This document shows, one piece after another, positions 54,161-63,828 of a stretch of DNA of 64,000 nucleotides (position 1 is the first letter of the stretch; every line of letters starts with the position of its first letter). The position numbers and the translations under genes are program-made. The notes under the pieces are model-generated. The model was not told the origin of the DNA and did not search any database. It was given only the letters and a program-made list of their open reading frames with translations. The DNA comes from an uncultured Bacteroidota bacterium. GTDB taxonomy: Bacteria; Bacteroidota; Ignavibacteria; UBA10030; UBA6906. The DNA is taken from NCBI GenBank assembly GCA_963700635.1, contig CAVOYH010000005.1, positions 64,001 to 128,000 of the forward strand, in the 5' to 3' direction.

Positions 54161-54982
54161 ATGGAGCTCTTTCGTATCGGCTTCCTCTCTTTCACGCTGT
54201 TCGATATTCTGGACATCGCGCTCGTCTCGTTTATCTTCTACCGGTTGTATCTGGCGATGCAGGGTACCATTGCCATCCAGATCTTCGCCGGTCTCATCCT
54301 CGTCCTCGCAGTGTCGTTTCTCGCCCAGGCGGCGAATCTTAAGGCACTGAGTTCCATACTTCGTACGATCACCGATATCTGGGTCGTCGCTTTTATCATC
54401 CTCTTCCAGCCTGAACTTCGCCGTTTGTTTGTGCTGGTCGGACGAAGTCCCGTGGTGCGTCTGTTTCTGAAAATGGACGTGGACGAATCCATTGACGAAG
54501 TTGTCGGAGCGGTGACCGAACTCTCGAGGAAAAAATACGGTGCCCTGATCGTGTTTGTCCGCGCCACGGGAATACGGCTACACACCGAAACCGGTACCAA
54601 GCTCGAGGCCCTTGTCGGGCGAGCGCTGTTGCTGTCAATTTTTCACCCGCGGTCACCTTTGCACGACGGTGCGGTGGTAATCAAAGACCGGCTCATTGAA
54701 GCTGCACGGTGTACGCTGCCGTTGTCCAACATGACCACCTGGCAGGGTGTCCTGCTGGGCACGCGCCACCGGGCGGGACTCGGGATCTCAGAGCAGGCGG
54801 ACGTTATTGTGGTCATCGTTTCCGAAGAAAGCGGGACAATTTCCATTGCCGAGAACGGGACATTGTACCGTGCGCTGGCACCGGCAAATCTCAAGAAGGA
54901 ACTCAAATCACGCCTGAGTGTTGAAGGCGAACGATCACTTGCGTCTGCGTGGCGGACACTGCGCACGGGCGGGTGGTCCTGA
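54161..54982 (+). CDS. cdaA: Diadenylate cyclase CdaA
   Basis: 3 N-terminal TM helices, FQPELRR, PLHDGA, GTRHRA, VSEESG. Confidence 0.95.
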   Translation: MELFRIGFLSFTLFDILDIALVSFIFYRLYLAMQGTIAIQIFAGLILVLAVSFLAQAANLKALSSILRTITDIWVVAFIILFQPELRRLFVLVGRSPVVRLFLKMDVDESIDEVVGAVTELSRKKYGALIVFVRATGIRLHTETGTKLEALVGRALLLSIFHPRSPLHDGAVVIKDRLIEAARCTLPLSNMTTWQGVLLGTRHRAGLGISEQADVIVVIVSEESGTISIAENGTLYRALAPANLKKELKSRLSVEGERSLASAWRTLRTGGWS

Positions 54983-55629
54983 TGGTCGTACGCCGTTTTG
55001 TTTCAGAGTGTGAAGAAATGATCCAGGTGATCCGCTCCCGCGGCATCACTGATGAACGAGTCCTTTCGGCCATGCGGTCCGTAGAGCGGCATCATTTCCT
55101 CCCCGAACACTTCATCAATCGCGCCTATGAAGATACCGCACTTCCGATCGGACATGGGCAGACGATTTCGCAACCGTACACGGTTGCGTTTATGACCCAG
55201 GCGCTCGGGCTCAGTGAGGGTGACAAGGTTCTGGAAGTGGGCACCGGTTCGGGATACCAGGCGGCGGTGCTGGCCGCGATGGGCCTGAGGGTGTTTACCA
55301 TTGAGCGTAACCTTACGCTTCTGGCCGGTGCCCGGAAGTTATTTGACCGGAAGAACCTCCGTATCGCCTCCCGGGGCGGTGATGGTACCGTCGGGTGGAC
55401 TGATCATGCCCCGTATGCGGGCATTCTGGTCACTGCCGCTGCGCCTGATGTTCCACAACCACTTCTTCAGCAGCTGGCCGACGGCGGGAAGCTTGTCATC
55501 CCTGTCGGCGACCTGGAGGTTCAATCGGTGGTCGTCTGCACGCGCCGCGGGGAAACCATCGAGCGGCAGGAAGAATACGGATTCAAATTTGTTCCGCTGA
55601 TCGGGAAGATGGGGTGGAAAGGGGAGTAG
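54982..55629 (+). CDS. pcm: Protein-L-isoaspartate O-methyltransferase
   Basis: AYEDTALPIG.GQTISQP, LEVGTGSGY, VTAAA, FVPLIG. Confidence 0.95.
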   Translation: MVVRRFVSECEEMIQVIRSRGITDERVLSAMRSVERHHFLPEHFINRAYEDTALPIGHGQTISQPYTVAFMTQALGLSEGDKVLEVGTGSGYQAAVLAAMGLRVFTIERNLTLLAGARKLFDRKNLRIASRGGDGTVGWTDHAPYAGILVTAAAPDVPQPLLQQLADGGKLVIPVGDLEVQSVVVCTRRGETIERQEEYGFKFVPLIGKMGWKGE

Positions 55630-55633
55630 ACAG

Positions 55634-56596
55634 GTGAAGAGCAGTCCCCTCGTCGTGGTGCTGGTCGGGCCGACGGCATCGGGCAAAACGTCGGTGTCGC
55701 TACCGCTCGCTGAACTTCTTCATGCAGAGATTCTCTCCGCTGATTCACGCCAGATCTATCGGTTCATGAACATCGGAACCGCCAAACCGGGAGTCTCCGA
55801 AAGAGCGCGCATCCCGCATCACTTCATTGATATTCGTAATCCCGATGAAGAATACAGCGCCGGGACTTTCGGGAGTGAAGGCCGGGAAACAATTGAGCAG
55901 ATTCTCAAGAGGGGACACACCCCTCTTGTGGTAGGCGGCTCGGGGCTATACATACAGTCGCTTGTTGACGGGTTCTTTGCCGGTCCTCCGGCGGATCCAG
56001 AATACCGCGCACGCGTTATGGTCCGTCTCCGCGTTGAAGGCATCGAGCCTCTCCTCGGGGAATTGGGGCGGGTTGATCCTGTCTCCGCAGCTTCTATCGA
56101 TCCCACCAAACCGCGCCGGATCGTCCGCGCGCTCGAAGTCTACGCCACAACGGGCATACCGCTCAGTCAACTCCAGCGTGAACGCAAGATCGGGATCCCC
56201 TTCACGCCTGTTTTCTTCGGACTCGACGTGGAACGGGCGGAACTGTACCGCCGGATCAACAGCCGATGCGAGATGATGCTGCGCCAGGGGCTCCTGGATG
56301 AGGTGGGAGGGCTGAGCGGTCGGGGTTACACAGCGTCCCTGAATGCGCTCAAGACTGTGGGATACGCTGAAGTGTTTGCGTATCGCGGCGGTACGATCGG
56401 ATACGAAGATATGGTGCGGTTGTTCAAGCAGAATACGCGGCGGTATGCAAAACGGCAGCTTACGTGGTTCCGGCGGGATACAAGAATCCGGTGGATGCCC
56501 GTGACGGACGACGCCGATGCGGCGCGCCTTGCGCAGTCCATTGCGGCGGCTATCCCACCGGGCGTTTCTTCTGGGAATTTGACGGCAGGTCAATAA
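55634..56596 (+). CDS. miaA: tRNA dimethylallyltransferase
   Basis: GPTASGKT, ADSRQIY, IGTAKP, VGGSGLY, YAKRQLTWFR. Confidence 0.97.
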   Translation: MKSSPLVVVLVGPTASGKTSVSLPLAELLHAEILSADSRQIYRFMNIGTAKPGVSERARIPHHFIDIRNPDEEYSAGTFGSEGRETIEQILKRGHTPLVVGGSGLYIQSLVDGFFAGPPADPEYRARVMVRLRVEGIEPLLGELGRVDPVSAASIDPTKPRRIVRALEVYATTGIPLSQLQRERKIGIPFTPVFFGLDVERAELYRRINSRCEMMLRQGLLDEVGGLSGRGYTASLNALKTVGYAEVFAYRGGTIGYEDMVRLFKQNTRRYAKRQLTWFRRDTRIRWMPVTDDADAARLAQSIAAAIPPGVSSGNLTAGQ

Positions 56597-58106
56597 TAAA
56601 CGTTGTGCCCTTCCCCATCTGCACATCCATAGTGGCATTCAGTTGATGAACAAGGCTGTCCACCACCATCATTCCCATCGATGACGAGGTGCGGGGGTCT
56701 TTCCCGCCCGGGAGTCCGATCCCATTGTCGGACACCATGAGGCGGATCCCGCCTCCGGAGAGGGTGTTCATGGAAATAACTATCTCTCCGCTTCTCCCGT
56801 CCGGAAAGGCGTGGGTGAGGGCATTGGTGGCGAGCTCATTGACGATGAGCCCGCAGGAGATTGCCCTGTCGAGGTCGAGGGGGACATTCTCGGTCTTCAG
56901 GAGAATCTGCACATCAGTCCGGTAGTTGGACTCCCGGAATTCCTGCGCGAGCGCGTTCAGGTAGTCGCCGAAGTCAATGGAAGACAGATCTCCGCGGTGT
57001 GTGAGCCGTTCATGGATACGTGCCATGGCCATCACGCGCCGTCGTGCTTCTACCAGCAGCCGGGCGTCCTCGGGGTCCCTTACGTACTCGGTCTGGAGAT
57101 TCAGGAGGCTGGCGACCAGATTCAGGTTGTTTTTCACCCGGTGATGAATTTCACGGTGCAGGAGTTCCTTGTCCGCAAGAGCCGTTTCCAGCCACTCCTT
57201 TGCTTGTTCACGTTCGCGGAGCACAGACGCAAGGGCGAGGGTGGACAGCGCGCTGACCGCGAGCAGCATTTGCAGCCCAAGCACGGTCCGGTAATCAAAT
57301 CCATAAATGAATGCAAATTCGCCGTGCCCCTGTGCTGCAACAACATTTGCGAGCGCGGCAATCAGGAAGTTCACCCATGCTGCGCCGCGTAAGCCGAAGC
57401 GAATGGGTGCCCACATGATCAGCGGAAGGATGAGATAATCGTCCACCCGCGACCATGACAGGATATTCGTAAAAATGAGTGCGCTCCAGACGCCTGCGGC
57501 GAGGGTAAGAAGGGCGGCCTCGACAAGTCGGCGGGGCTCCAGCCGGAAGAGATTGAACACACGTTCAGTATCCCACGTAAGCAGGAGTGGTGCTGCTGTG
57601 AGGGTGCCGAGCAGGTGCGCGCTTGCCCAGGATTTCCACAGGGCGTTCATGGATTCGTGTGGGAAGAAGTAGACCCCGACGACGCTGCTGAGTGTTGCGC
57701 CGACGACGGTGGCGAGCACGCCGCCGATGGCGGTAAACTCAAACACTTCCTGCAACGATTCCAGCCGGGGCCGGGTTGTGCCCAGGGCCTGGATGAGGAG
57801 CACACCCACGAGTGCCTGGATATGGTGGACGCCCCAGAAAAAAGCCGCGTGGGGAAGAGGTTCGTTGTGGAAGTACATCGCAGCGGCGATACCGGGAACG
57901 GTCGCGATAAAAAAGGCGGCCCATTCGCTGCGCGGGGCGATCAGGAGAGCAGCGATGAGGAAGCCGATGGTCGGGCAGAAGGCCGAATGATATGATTCGG
58001 GCAGGGGCGAAGTACCCACGGCGAGGACGCTCGCAAAGAACGCCACGGCAAACACCGAGGCACGGAAAAGGAGGGGTTTCGAGGTGAGGGAGAACTGCGC
58101 CGGCAT
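56550..58106 (-). CDS. MASE1-domain sensor histidine kinase (HisKA_2 type)
   Basis: About 9-10 TM N-terminus; REIHHRVKNNL, ELATNALTHAF, DNGIG; start uncertain (58106 or 58169). Confidence 0.88.
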   Translation of the reverse strand: MPAQFSLTSKPLLFRASVFAVAFFASVLAVGTSPLPESYHSAFCPTIGFLIAALLIAPRSEWAAFFIATVPGIAAAMYFHNEPLPHAAFFWGVHHIQALVGVLLIQALGTTRPRLESLQEVFEFTAIGGVLATVVGATLSSVVGVYFFPHESMNALWKSWASAHLLGTLTAAPLLLTWDTERVFNLFRLEPRRLVEAALLTLAAGVWSALIFTNILSWSRVDDYLILPLIMWAPIRFGLRGAAWVNFLIAALANVVAAQGHGEFAFIYGFDYRTVLGLQMLLAVSALSTLALASVLREREQAKEWLETALADKELLHREIHHRVKNNLNLVASLLNLQTEYVRDPEDARLLVEARRRVMAMARIHERLTHRGDLSSIDFGDYLNALAQEFRESNYRTDVQILLKTENVPLDLDRAISCGLIVNELATNALTHAFPDGRSGEIVISMNTLSGGGIRLMVSDNGIGLPGGKDPRTSSSMGMMVVDSLVHQLNATMDVQMGKGTTFIIDLPSNSQKKRPVG

Positions 58107-58206
58107 CTTCGACCAGGTTGTTAGTAAAATGTACGTTGCAGGGGACTTGGATGCAACATGATATTGCATTCCGAGGGGAGTTTTTGTATCTTGGCATGTG
58201 TAAAAT

Positions 58207-58281
58207 CGGGGCGTAGCGCAGCCCGGCTAGCGCGCTTGGTTCGGGACCAAGAGGTCCCGGGTTCAAATCCCGGCGCCCCGA
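58207..58281 (+). tRNA. tRNA-Pro (anticodon CGG)
   Basis: CGGGGCG acceptor stem pairing with CGCCCCG; D arm TAGCGCAGCCCGGCTAGCGC; anticodon arm CTTGG-TTCGGGA-CCAAG; T loop GTTCAAAT; CCA not encoded. Confidence 0.96.
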
Positions 58282-58565
58282 CAAGATGTATACATGGGTG
58301 ACACTGTTTCAGCGTGTCCCATGCCCCACCGCTGCGAACGGAATTAGAGAGAGAAGCAAGAAAATGGCGGCAATTCCGGAGCGGCTTTCCCGTTTCAAAC
58401 GTCTCAGCATTTACTACCTCCTATACTACCTTGCTGGTCAATATCGCTGGAAAAGCACGAGTGCCAGCACGCGCCCCGACAAATGCATATGATGTGCGCC
58501 ATCTGTGCGTGGGTACCGACGCGATTGGATCTGATTGAGAATCATCCGTTGCGCGACATAACGGC

Positions 58566-59696
58566 ATGTCGTATATTTGCCACATGACACGCGTACGACA
58601 TAGCGCATACCACCTGGGCTCACCATGCGACCGGGCAGAATGGACGCCGAAAACTGCGTCAGGGATCAGCCGGCGTAAATTCCTCGCGACGATCACAATC
58701 GGTGGCGGAGCCCTGGTCACAGGGATGGGGCATATGTCGGGTGACGCAAAGCCCGCCATCCTCCCGGCAGCCGAGGATCAGCCGGTCTTCCGATTCCTGC
58801 AGGTCAACGATGTGCATGTGCAGCAGGAGGAAGGATGGACGCACCCCACGTACCGCGACGCAAACCGCCGCGCAATCTGGCTCTTCGAAAACCTCAATAA
58901 CCCGAAATTCTTTCCTCCGCTTGACTTCGTTTTGCTCAACGGGGACATGATCCACCAGGGCTCTCTCGAAAGCAACCAGAAGGCCTTCGCGACCCTTCGC
59001 ACGCTTCTACCTCGAATACCCGTTCCGTATTATCCCGCAGTCGGCAATCATGAGGTCAGCCAGCGTGAGGGAGACACTCTGTGGGAGGAACCGTATACCG
59101 CCACCTACGGTGAGGGGCGGCAGTTCTACAGCTTTGTCCACCGGGGCTTAGCATTCGTCGTCTTCAACAATGCGGGCACGGGCGAGGGTCTGGAAGCGGC
59201 GATATACCGTCATCGTGCCGATCGTCTGGAAGCCATGCTGGAAAAACATGCCGGGTCTCCGACGATCGTTGTCTGCCATATCCCGGTCTTTCCGGTCCGG
59301 CAACAAGACGTCCTCGCACGGTCATTCGGATTCCATTCCTGGCAGACACGGGAACCCGAGATCGCGGAGATCCTCGATGCACACCCCTCGGTGATTGCCA
59401 TCGTCTCCGGTCATCTCCACCTGACCGGCATGTCACTGCATGGGCGGGTTCCGCAAATTGTGTTCGCCGGGACGGCATCGTATCCCCACGACGTGGGACT
59501 TTTCACCGTCTCACAGAGCACCATCACAGTTCAGGCAATACGGCTTCCTTCTCATCTGCTCGTTCCGGAGACCAATATCCATGGTTTACAGCGTCATGGC
59601 ATTGATTTCACGGACGACGACCACTCCTCATACACACAGTACCTGATGGGAAACGCTGACGAGCGCCGCTTCACGATTGAGCGTCCTTCGTCCTGA
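58566..59696 (+). CDS. Calcineurin-like metallophosphoesterase with Tat signal (start uncertain)
   Basis: ISRRKFL; NDVH, GDMIH, GNHE, CHIP, GHLH motifs. Confidence 0.85.
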   Translation: MSYICHMTRVRHSAYHLGSPCDRAEWTPKTASGISRRKFLATITIGGGALVTGMGHMSGDAKPAILPAAEDQPVFRFLQVNDVHVQQEEGWTHPTYRDANRRAIWLFENLNNPKFFPPLDFVLLNGDMIHQGSLESNQKAFATLRTLLPRIPVPYYPAVGNHEVSQREGDTLWEEPYTATYGEGRQFYSFVHRGLAFVVFNNAGTGEGLEAAIYRHRADRLEAMLEKHAGSPTIVVCHIPVFPVRQQDVLARSFGFHSWQTREPEIAEILDAHPSVIAIVSGHLHLTGMSLHGRVPQIVFAGTASYPHDVGLFTVSQSTITVQAIRLPSHLLVPETNIHGLQRHGIDFTDDDHSSYTQYLMGNADERRFTIERPSS

Positions 59697-59862
59697 CTGA
59701 GGTTTTGTGATTTGGTGGAATGACCCGCACCGCCTGCTCATCATTCCAGGCAACAAACTGTCCGGATTCTTCGTACCTTAGAATATTGATCCATCTGTTG
59801 CCGGAGCAGACGATTCTGCGTACGATTATCCGGTACGATTATCCATCACTGCGGAGCCATCC

Positions 59863-60429
59863 ATGTTCTTCTTTTTTGTGGTGTTCGGTATACTCCTCCT
59901 GTTCCTTTTCTGGGGAATCGCGCAATACAACAAGCTCATCACACTGCGAAACCAGGTCGAGAACGGCTGGAAACAAATCGACGTTCAGCTGAAACGCCGG
60001 CACGACCTGATTCCTAATCTGGTCAATACGGTGAAGGGGTACATGCAATACGAGCAGGAAACGCTGCAGCAGGTGATCCAGGCAAGAAATTCTGCCACCA
60101 CGGCTTCCGGGGTCGCCGACTCGGCGGTCAAGGAAAATGCACTTACCGGCGCCCTCGGCCGTCTCTTCGCCCTCGCGGAGAACTACCCGACGCTGAAGGC
60201 AAATGAAAACGTCATGCAACTCCAGGAAGAGCTCTCAAGCACGGAAAACAAGATTGGATTCGCCCGCCAGTTCTTCAACGACATCGCGACAAAATTCAAC
60301 ATTGCGCAACAGGTCTTCCCGTCAAACATCATCGCTGGTATGTTTGGATTTAAGCCGTCGGAGCTCTTCGAAGTGACCGATGCGACGGAGCGTGCTGTGC
60401 CAAACGTCGATCTGTCCCTGAAGAAGTAG
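59863..60429 (+). CDS. lemA: LemA family protein
   Basis: N-terminal TM, YN.L, IDVQLKRRHDLIPNLV, ENYPTLKAN, FPSN. Confidence 0.95.
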   Translation: MFFFFVVFGILLLFLFWGIAQYNKLITLRNQVENGWKQIDVQLKRRHDLIPNLVNTVKGYMQYEQETLQQVIQARNSATTASGVADSAVKENALTGALGRLFALAENYPTLKANENVMQLQEELSSTENKIGFARQFFNDIATKFNIAQQVFPSNIIAGMFGFKPSELFEVTDATERAVPNVDLSLKK

Positions 60430-60438
60430 GGCCATCCC

Positions 60439-61423
60439 ATGGCTCCGATGCCAAAGAACATCTACGAACAGCAGGCGCAGAACAAGCGACTCACAGTCAT
60501 CGTGCTCGCCGGATTCATTCTCTTCGTTGGTTTTCTGGGGTTCGGGCTGGACGTGTTCCTGTTCGGCTACGGGCCCGGAAGTGATGGTGGCGGATTGTTC
60601 CCGCTGCCGATCGCTACGATTGCGGCCATGTCGCTCGGCGGGATCGGTGCGGCCCGCAGCGCTTCAGGCGGAGACGCCGCGGTACTCGCTTCTGCCACCG
60701 CAAAGCCGGTAGGCGAGGATGACCCGAAATACCGTCAACTCTTGAACATCGTGGATGAGATGGCGATCGCGTCGGGACTTCCCCGGCCAAAGGTATACAT
60801 CATCCCCGACCCCGATCCCAATGCGTTTGCAACGGGAATGGCTCCGGAGCGGGCTTCCATCGCAGTCACCGAAGGACTCGTAGAGCGGTTGAACCGCGAG
60901 GAACTCCAGGCGGTGGTCGCGCACGAGATGGGTCACATCCGCAACTACGACATCCGGCTGATGACCGTCGTGGCTGCGCTCATCGGAACTGTCCTGCTGA
61001 TCTCCGAGTTCGGGACTCGGATGATGCGGTTCGGCGGCGGCGGGGGGTCGGAAGAAGAGTTCTAAGAACAGCGGCGGGCTGGGGATCCTGATGGTGGTGT
61101 GGATCGTAGCACTCATCCTGGCACCGTTCATCTCACAGATTCTCGCTATGGCCGTCTCCCGGCAGCGGGAGTACCTCGCTGATGCCTCCGGCGCGGAGTT
61201 GACCCGCAATCCACTGGCGCTTGCCTCAGCCCTGCAGAAGATCACAGACGCGGACGAACCGACGCAGGCAATCAAAAAGGGGACCGCCCATCTCTGCATT
61301 GCGGATCCCCTGGGACGCAAAGCCAACGAGCGGGAGGGGGTCATGGCAAATCTTCTGGGAACACATCCGCCTGTTGAGCGGAGGATCACACTTCTCAAAG
61401 CAATGGCCTACCAGCACGGTTGA
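60439..61423 (+). CDS. htpX: HtpX-like M48 zinc metalloprotease, +1 frameshift in the G run at 61042-61047
   Basis: PNAFATG, AHEMGH in the first frame; SRQREYLADA, LASALQK, THPP in the next frame; follows lemA. Confidence 0.88.
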
Positions 61424-61519
61424 CAACGCAGCTGGCTGGAGTGATTCTACAACCGACCCCTGAAGGGATCATTACAGCTTTCCAGATTCGTACCCATGTC
61501 TTACCAGGAAGATATCAAG

Positions 61520-63094
61520 ATGAAAAGCACCGTCCTTGCCGCGATAGTCCTCAGTGTGCTCTGCCTTGTTGTGACAGGCACCCGGGCACAATCACCCACC
61601 CCTGGCGACATCGACGCATTTGTTGAGAACGTCAGGTTAGAATTTGAAGTCCCGGGAATCTCCCTCGCCGTGGTCAAAGATGGTCGGGTCGTGATCACGA
61701 AGGGCTACGGGGTGAAGACGCTCGGACAAGCAGAGAAGGTCGACGCGCGGACACTCTTCGGGATCGCCTCAAATACAAAGGCCTTCACCGCAACCGGTCT
61801 TGCACTGCTCGTCGAGGAGGGGAAACTGGAGTGGGATGCGCCGGTGATCCGGTACCTTCCCTGGTTCCAACTCTCTGATCCATACGTCACACGTGAACTA
61901 ACCATCCGAGATCTCCTCGTCCACCGGAGCGGTCTGGGGCTCGGGGCCGGGGACCTGCTCTGGTGGCCCCCCACGACCTACAACCGGAACGAAATCGCCC
62001 GCCGCCTCCGGTTTATCCCTCTTGCAACAAGCTTCCGCAGCGCATATGCCTATGACAACGTTCTGTATATCGTGGCCGGGGAGGTGGTCGAGGCGGTGAG
62101 CGGCCAGAGCTGGGAAGACTTCGTCACCGGGCGCATCCTCCGGAAAATTGGCATGATGGAGAGCACCGTGCGGCATGGAAATGCCGGCCCGAATGGAAAT
62201 GTTGCGACTCCCCACGCCCCCGTACAGGGGAAAGTGAGAGTTGTAAAACCGTTCGACAGCGACAATACGAATCCGGCAGGTGGGATTAACTCGAATGCCG
62301 ACGAGATGGCAAAATGGCTCATCGTCCAACTCGACTCCGGCCGGGTCGCAGACGGATCGCGTCTATTCTCAGCACGGACGACACGCCAGCTCTGGTCCCT
62401 CGTGACGCCGATGGGGATCCGTGAACCGATCCCCGAACTTTCCGGCCTACGGCAGAACTTCAACGGGTATGGCCTGGGATTTCATGTGATGGACTACCGG
62501 GGGGTGAAGATCGTCACCCACACCGGCGGACTCCCCGGATATCTGTCGCGTGTCACCCTGGTCCCTGAACTCAAACTCGGCATTGCTGTGTTGACAAACC
62601 AGGAATCGGGCGCAGCATTTGAATCAGTGACGTACCATATTCTCGACAAATTCCTCAATGCGCCCGGGACCGACTGGATCGCCGGATTTAAGAGACTGGA
62701 AACGCGCCGCGACTCCCTGCGGGCGGCGGCCGACCAACGAACCTCTTCACGGGTGGACACCTCCACCCGGCCGCACCTCCCGCTGGAACGGTACACGGGA
62801 ACCTACACTGACCCCTGGTACGGAGATGTAGAGATCGCGCTGAAGGACGGTCAGTTAGTGATCCGGATGGCGCCGACTCCGGCGCTTCAGGGAAAACTTG
62901 TGCACTGGCAGTATGATACGTTCGTTGCGAGATGGTATGATCCCGAGCTGCGCGCGGATGCATTTGTCACGTTCGCTCTGACTCCGGACGGAAGCATCGA
63001 TCGGGTGAACATGAGGCCCGTGTCAGCGGAAACCGACTTCAGCTTCGATTTTCAGGATTTGCTGCTCAAACCGGCAAAAAGCCAGAACAGGTAA
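61520..63094 (+). CDS. Secreted serine hydrolase (beta-lactamase/PBP fold) with DUF3471-like C-terminus
   Basis: Signal peptide; SNTK (SxxK), YDN, HTGG; YTGTYTDPWYG. Confidence 0.9.
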   Translation: MKSTVLAAIVLSVLCLVVTGTRAQSPTPGDIDAFVENVRLEFEVPGISLAVVKDGRVVITKGYGVKTLGQAEKVDARTLFGIASNTKAFTATGLALLVEEGKLEWDAPVIRYLPWFQLSDPYVTRELTIRDLLVHRSGLGLGAGDLLWWPPTTYNRNEIARRLRFIPLATSFRSAYAYDNVLYIVAGEVVEAVSGQSWEDFVTGRILRKIGMMESTVRHGNAGPNGNVATPHAPVQGKVRVVKPFDSDNTNPAGGINSNADEMAKWLIVQLDSGRVADGSRLFSARTTRQLWSLVTPMGIREPIPELSGLRQNFNGYGLGFHVMDYRGVKIVTHTGGLPGYLSRVTLVPELKLGIAVLTNQESGAAFESVTYHILDKFLNAPGTDWIAGFKRLETRRDSLRAAADQRTSSRVDTSTRPHLPLERYTGTYTDPWYGDVEIALKDGQLVIRMAPTPALQGKLVHWQYDTFVARWYDPELRADAFVTFALTPDGSIDRVNMRPVSAETDFSFDFQDLLLKPAKSQNR

Positions 63095-63574
63095 TTGTAC
63101 ACTTGCCATGAGGTGAGAACCTGATCCGATCAGGTAAGGTTCAGTGCTGGTAACTACGACTCGGATGGCCATAGTGGATACGTCAGCGTGCCCGGCCACG
63201 GACCGGTCGGTTACAGGTTCTGAGTGTGCGCATGATCTCCCTTCAGCCACCCCGCCCGTTTCACTGGCTGGGATTCTGATGACAAATTATTGATTTCTGG
63301 GCGTTTTTGACCATATTTGTGGTGCCCTCCAAAATTTAACTTGACTTCTTGATTAAGCATCCTTAATCTTGACATGCTTTTCAAGTGCCTCGGTCTCCGT
63401 CACCCCGGCGTTTCTTTGAGACCCGCACAAAATCCCGGCAGCAGTTCCGGCTCTACATCATCCTGATTCATACCCCGGCAGGAAACACACCTGCCCCCAA
63501 ATGTCACAAGGATCTCCGGCGGGCACCACGTATCCAGGTGTGCCTCGATCCCTCATCTTCGAGGAGAGTGCCTC

Positions 63575-63763
63575 ATGAGGAAACAGAACAATCTGAGTAT
63601 TGAACAACGCCGCGTGGCGATTCAAAAGGAAATTGAGGCAATTGCCGTTGATATAGAGCGGGTACGCTCACTCGCAAACCCCGGTGAAATCCCCGAAGCC
63701 GGCAAGGAATCCCAGCACGGACACCCACCGTTGCCATCCCGCCCATCATCCAGACTCAATTAG
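63575..63763 (+). CDS. Small hypothetical protein (62 aa) with coiled-coil-like N-terminal half
   Basis: GAGGAG RBS at 63561-63566; amphipathic N-terminus; strong hairpin downstream. Confidence 0.45.
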   Translation: MRKQNNLSIEQRRVAIQKEIEAIAVDIERVRSLANPGEIPEAGKESQHGHPPLPSRPSSRLN

Positions 63764-63792
63764 CGGTCACTCAGCCCATGCTACGGCATGCC

Positions 63793-63828
63793 TTGGGGCG
63801 GCGGTGGTCTTAGCGTTCGTCGCCCCAA
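63793..63828. terminator. GC-rich hairpin, possible terminator
   Basis: TTGGGGCGGCG ... CGTCGCCCCAA 11-bp stem with one G-U pair; no clear U tract. Confidence 0.35.

Noticed and set aside
57739-58284. 181-aa minus-strand ORF beginning MSGRRDLNPGP
   Set aside because: Typical antisense translation of the tRNA-Pro gene, running on in another frame of the kinase gene
61520-63094. Antibiotic-resistance beta-lactamase
   Set aside because: HTG rather than KTG motif and a DUF3471-like tail point to a peptidase/esterase-type serine hydrolase; no mobile context
63276-63300. CTGATGA hammerhead-like core
   Set aside because: No matching GAAA segment or three-stem geometry could be built
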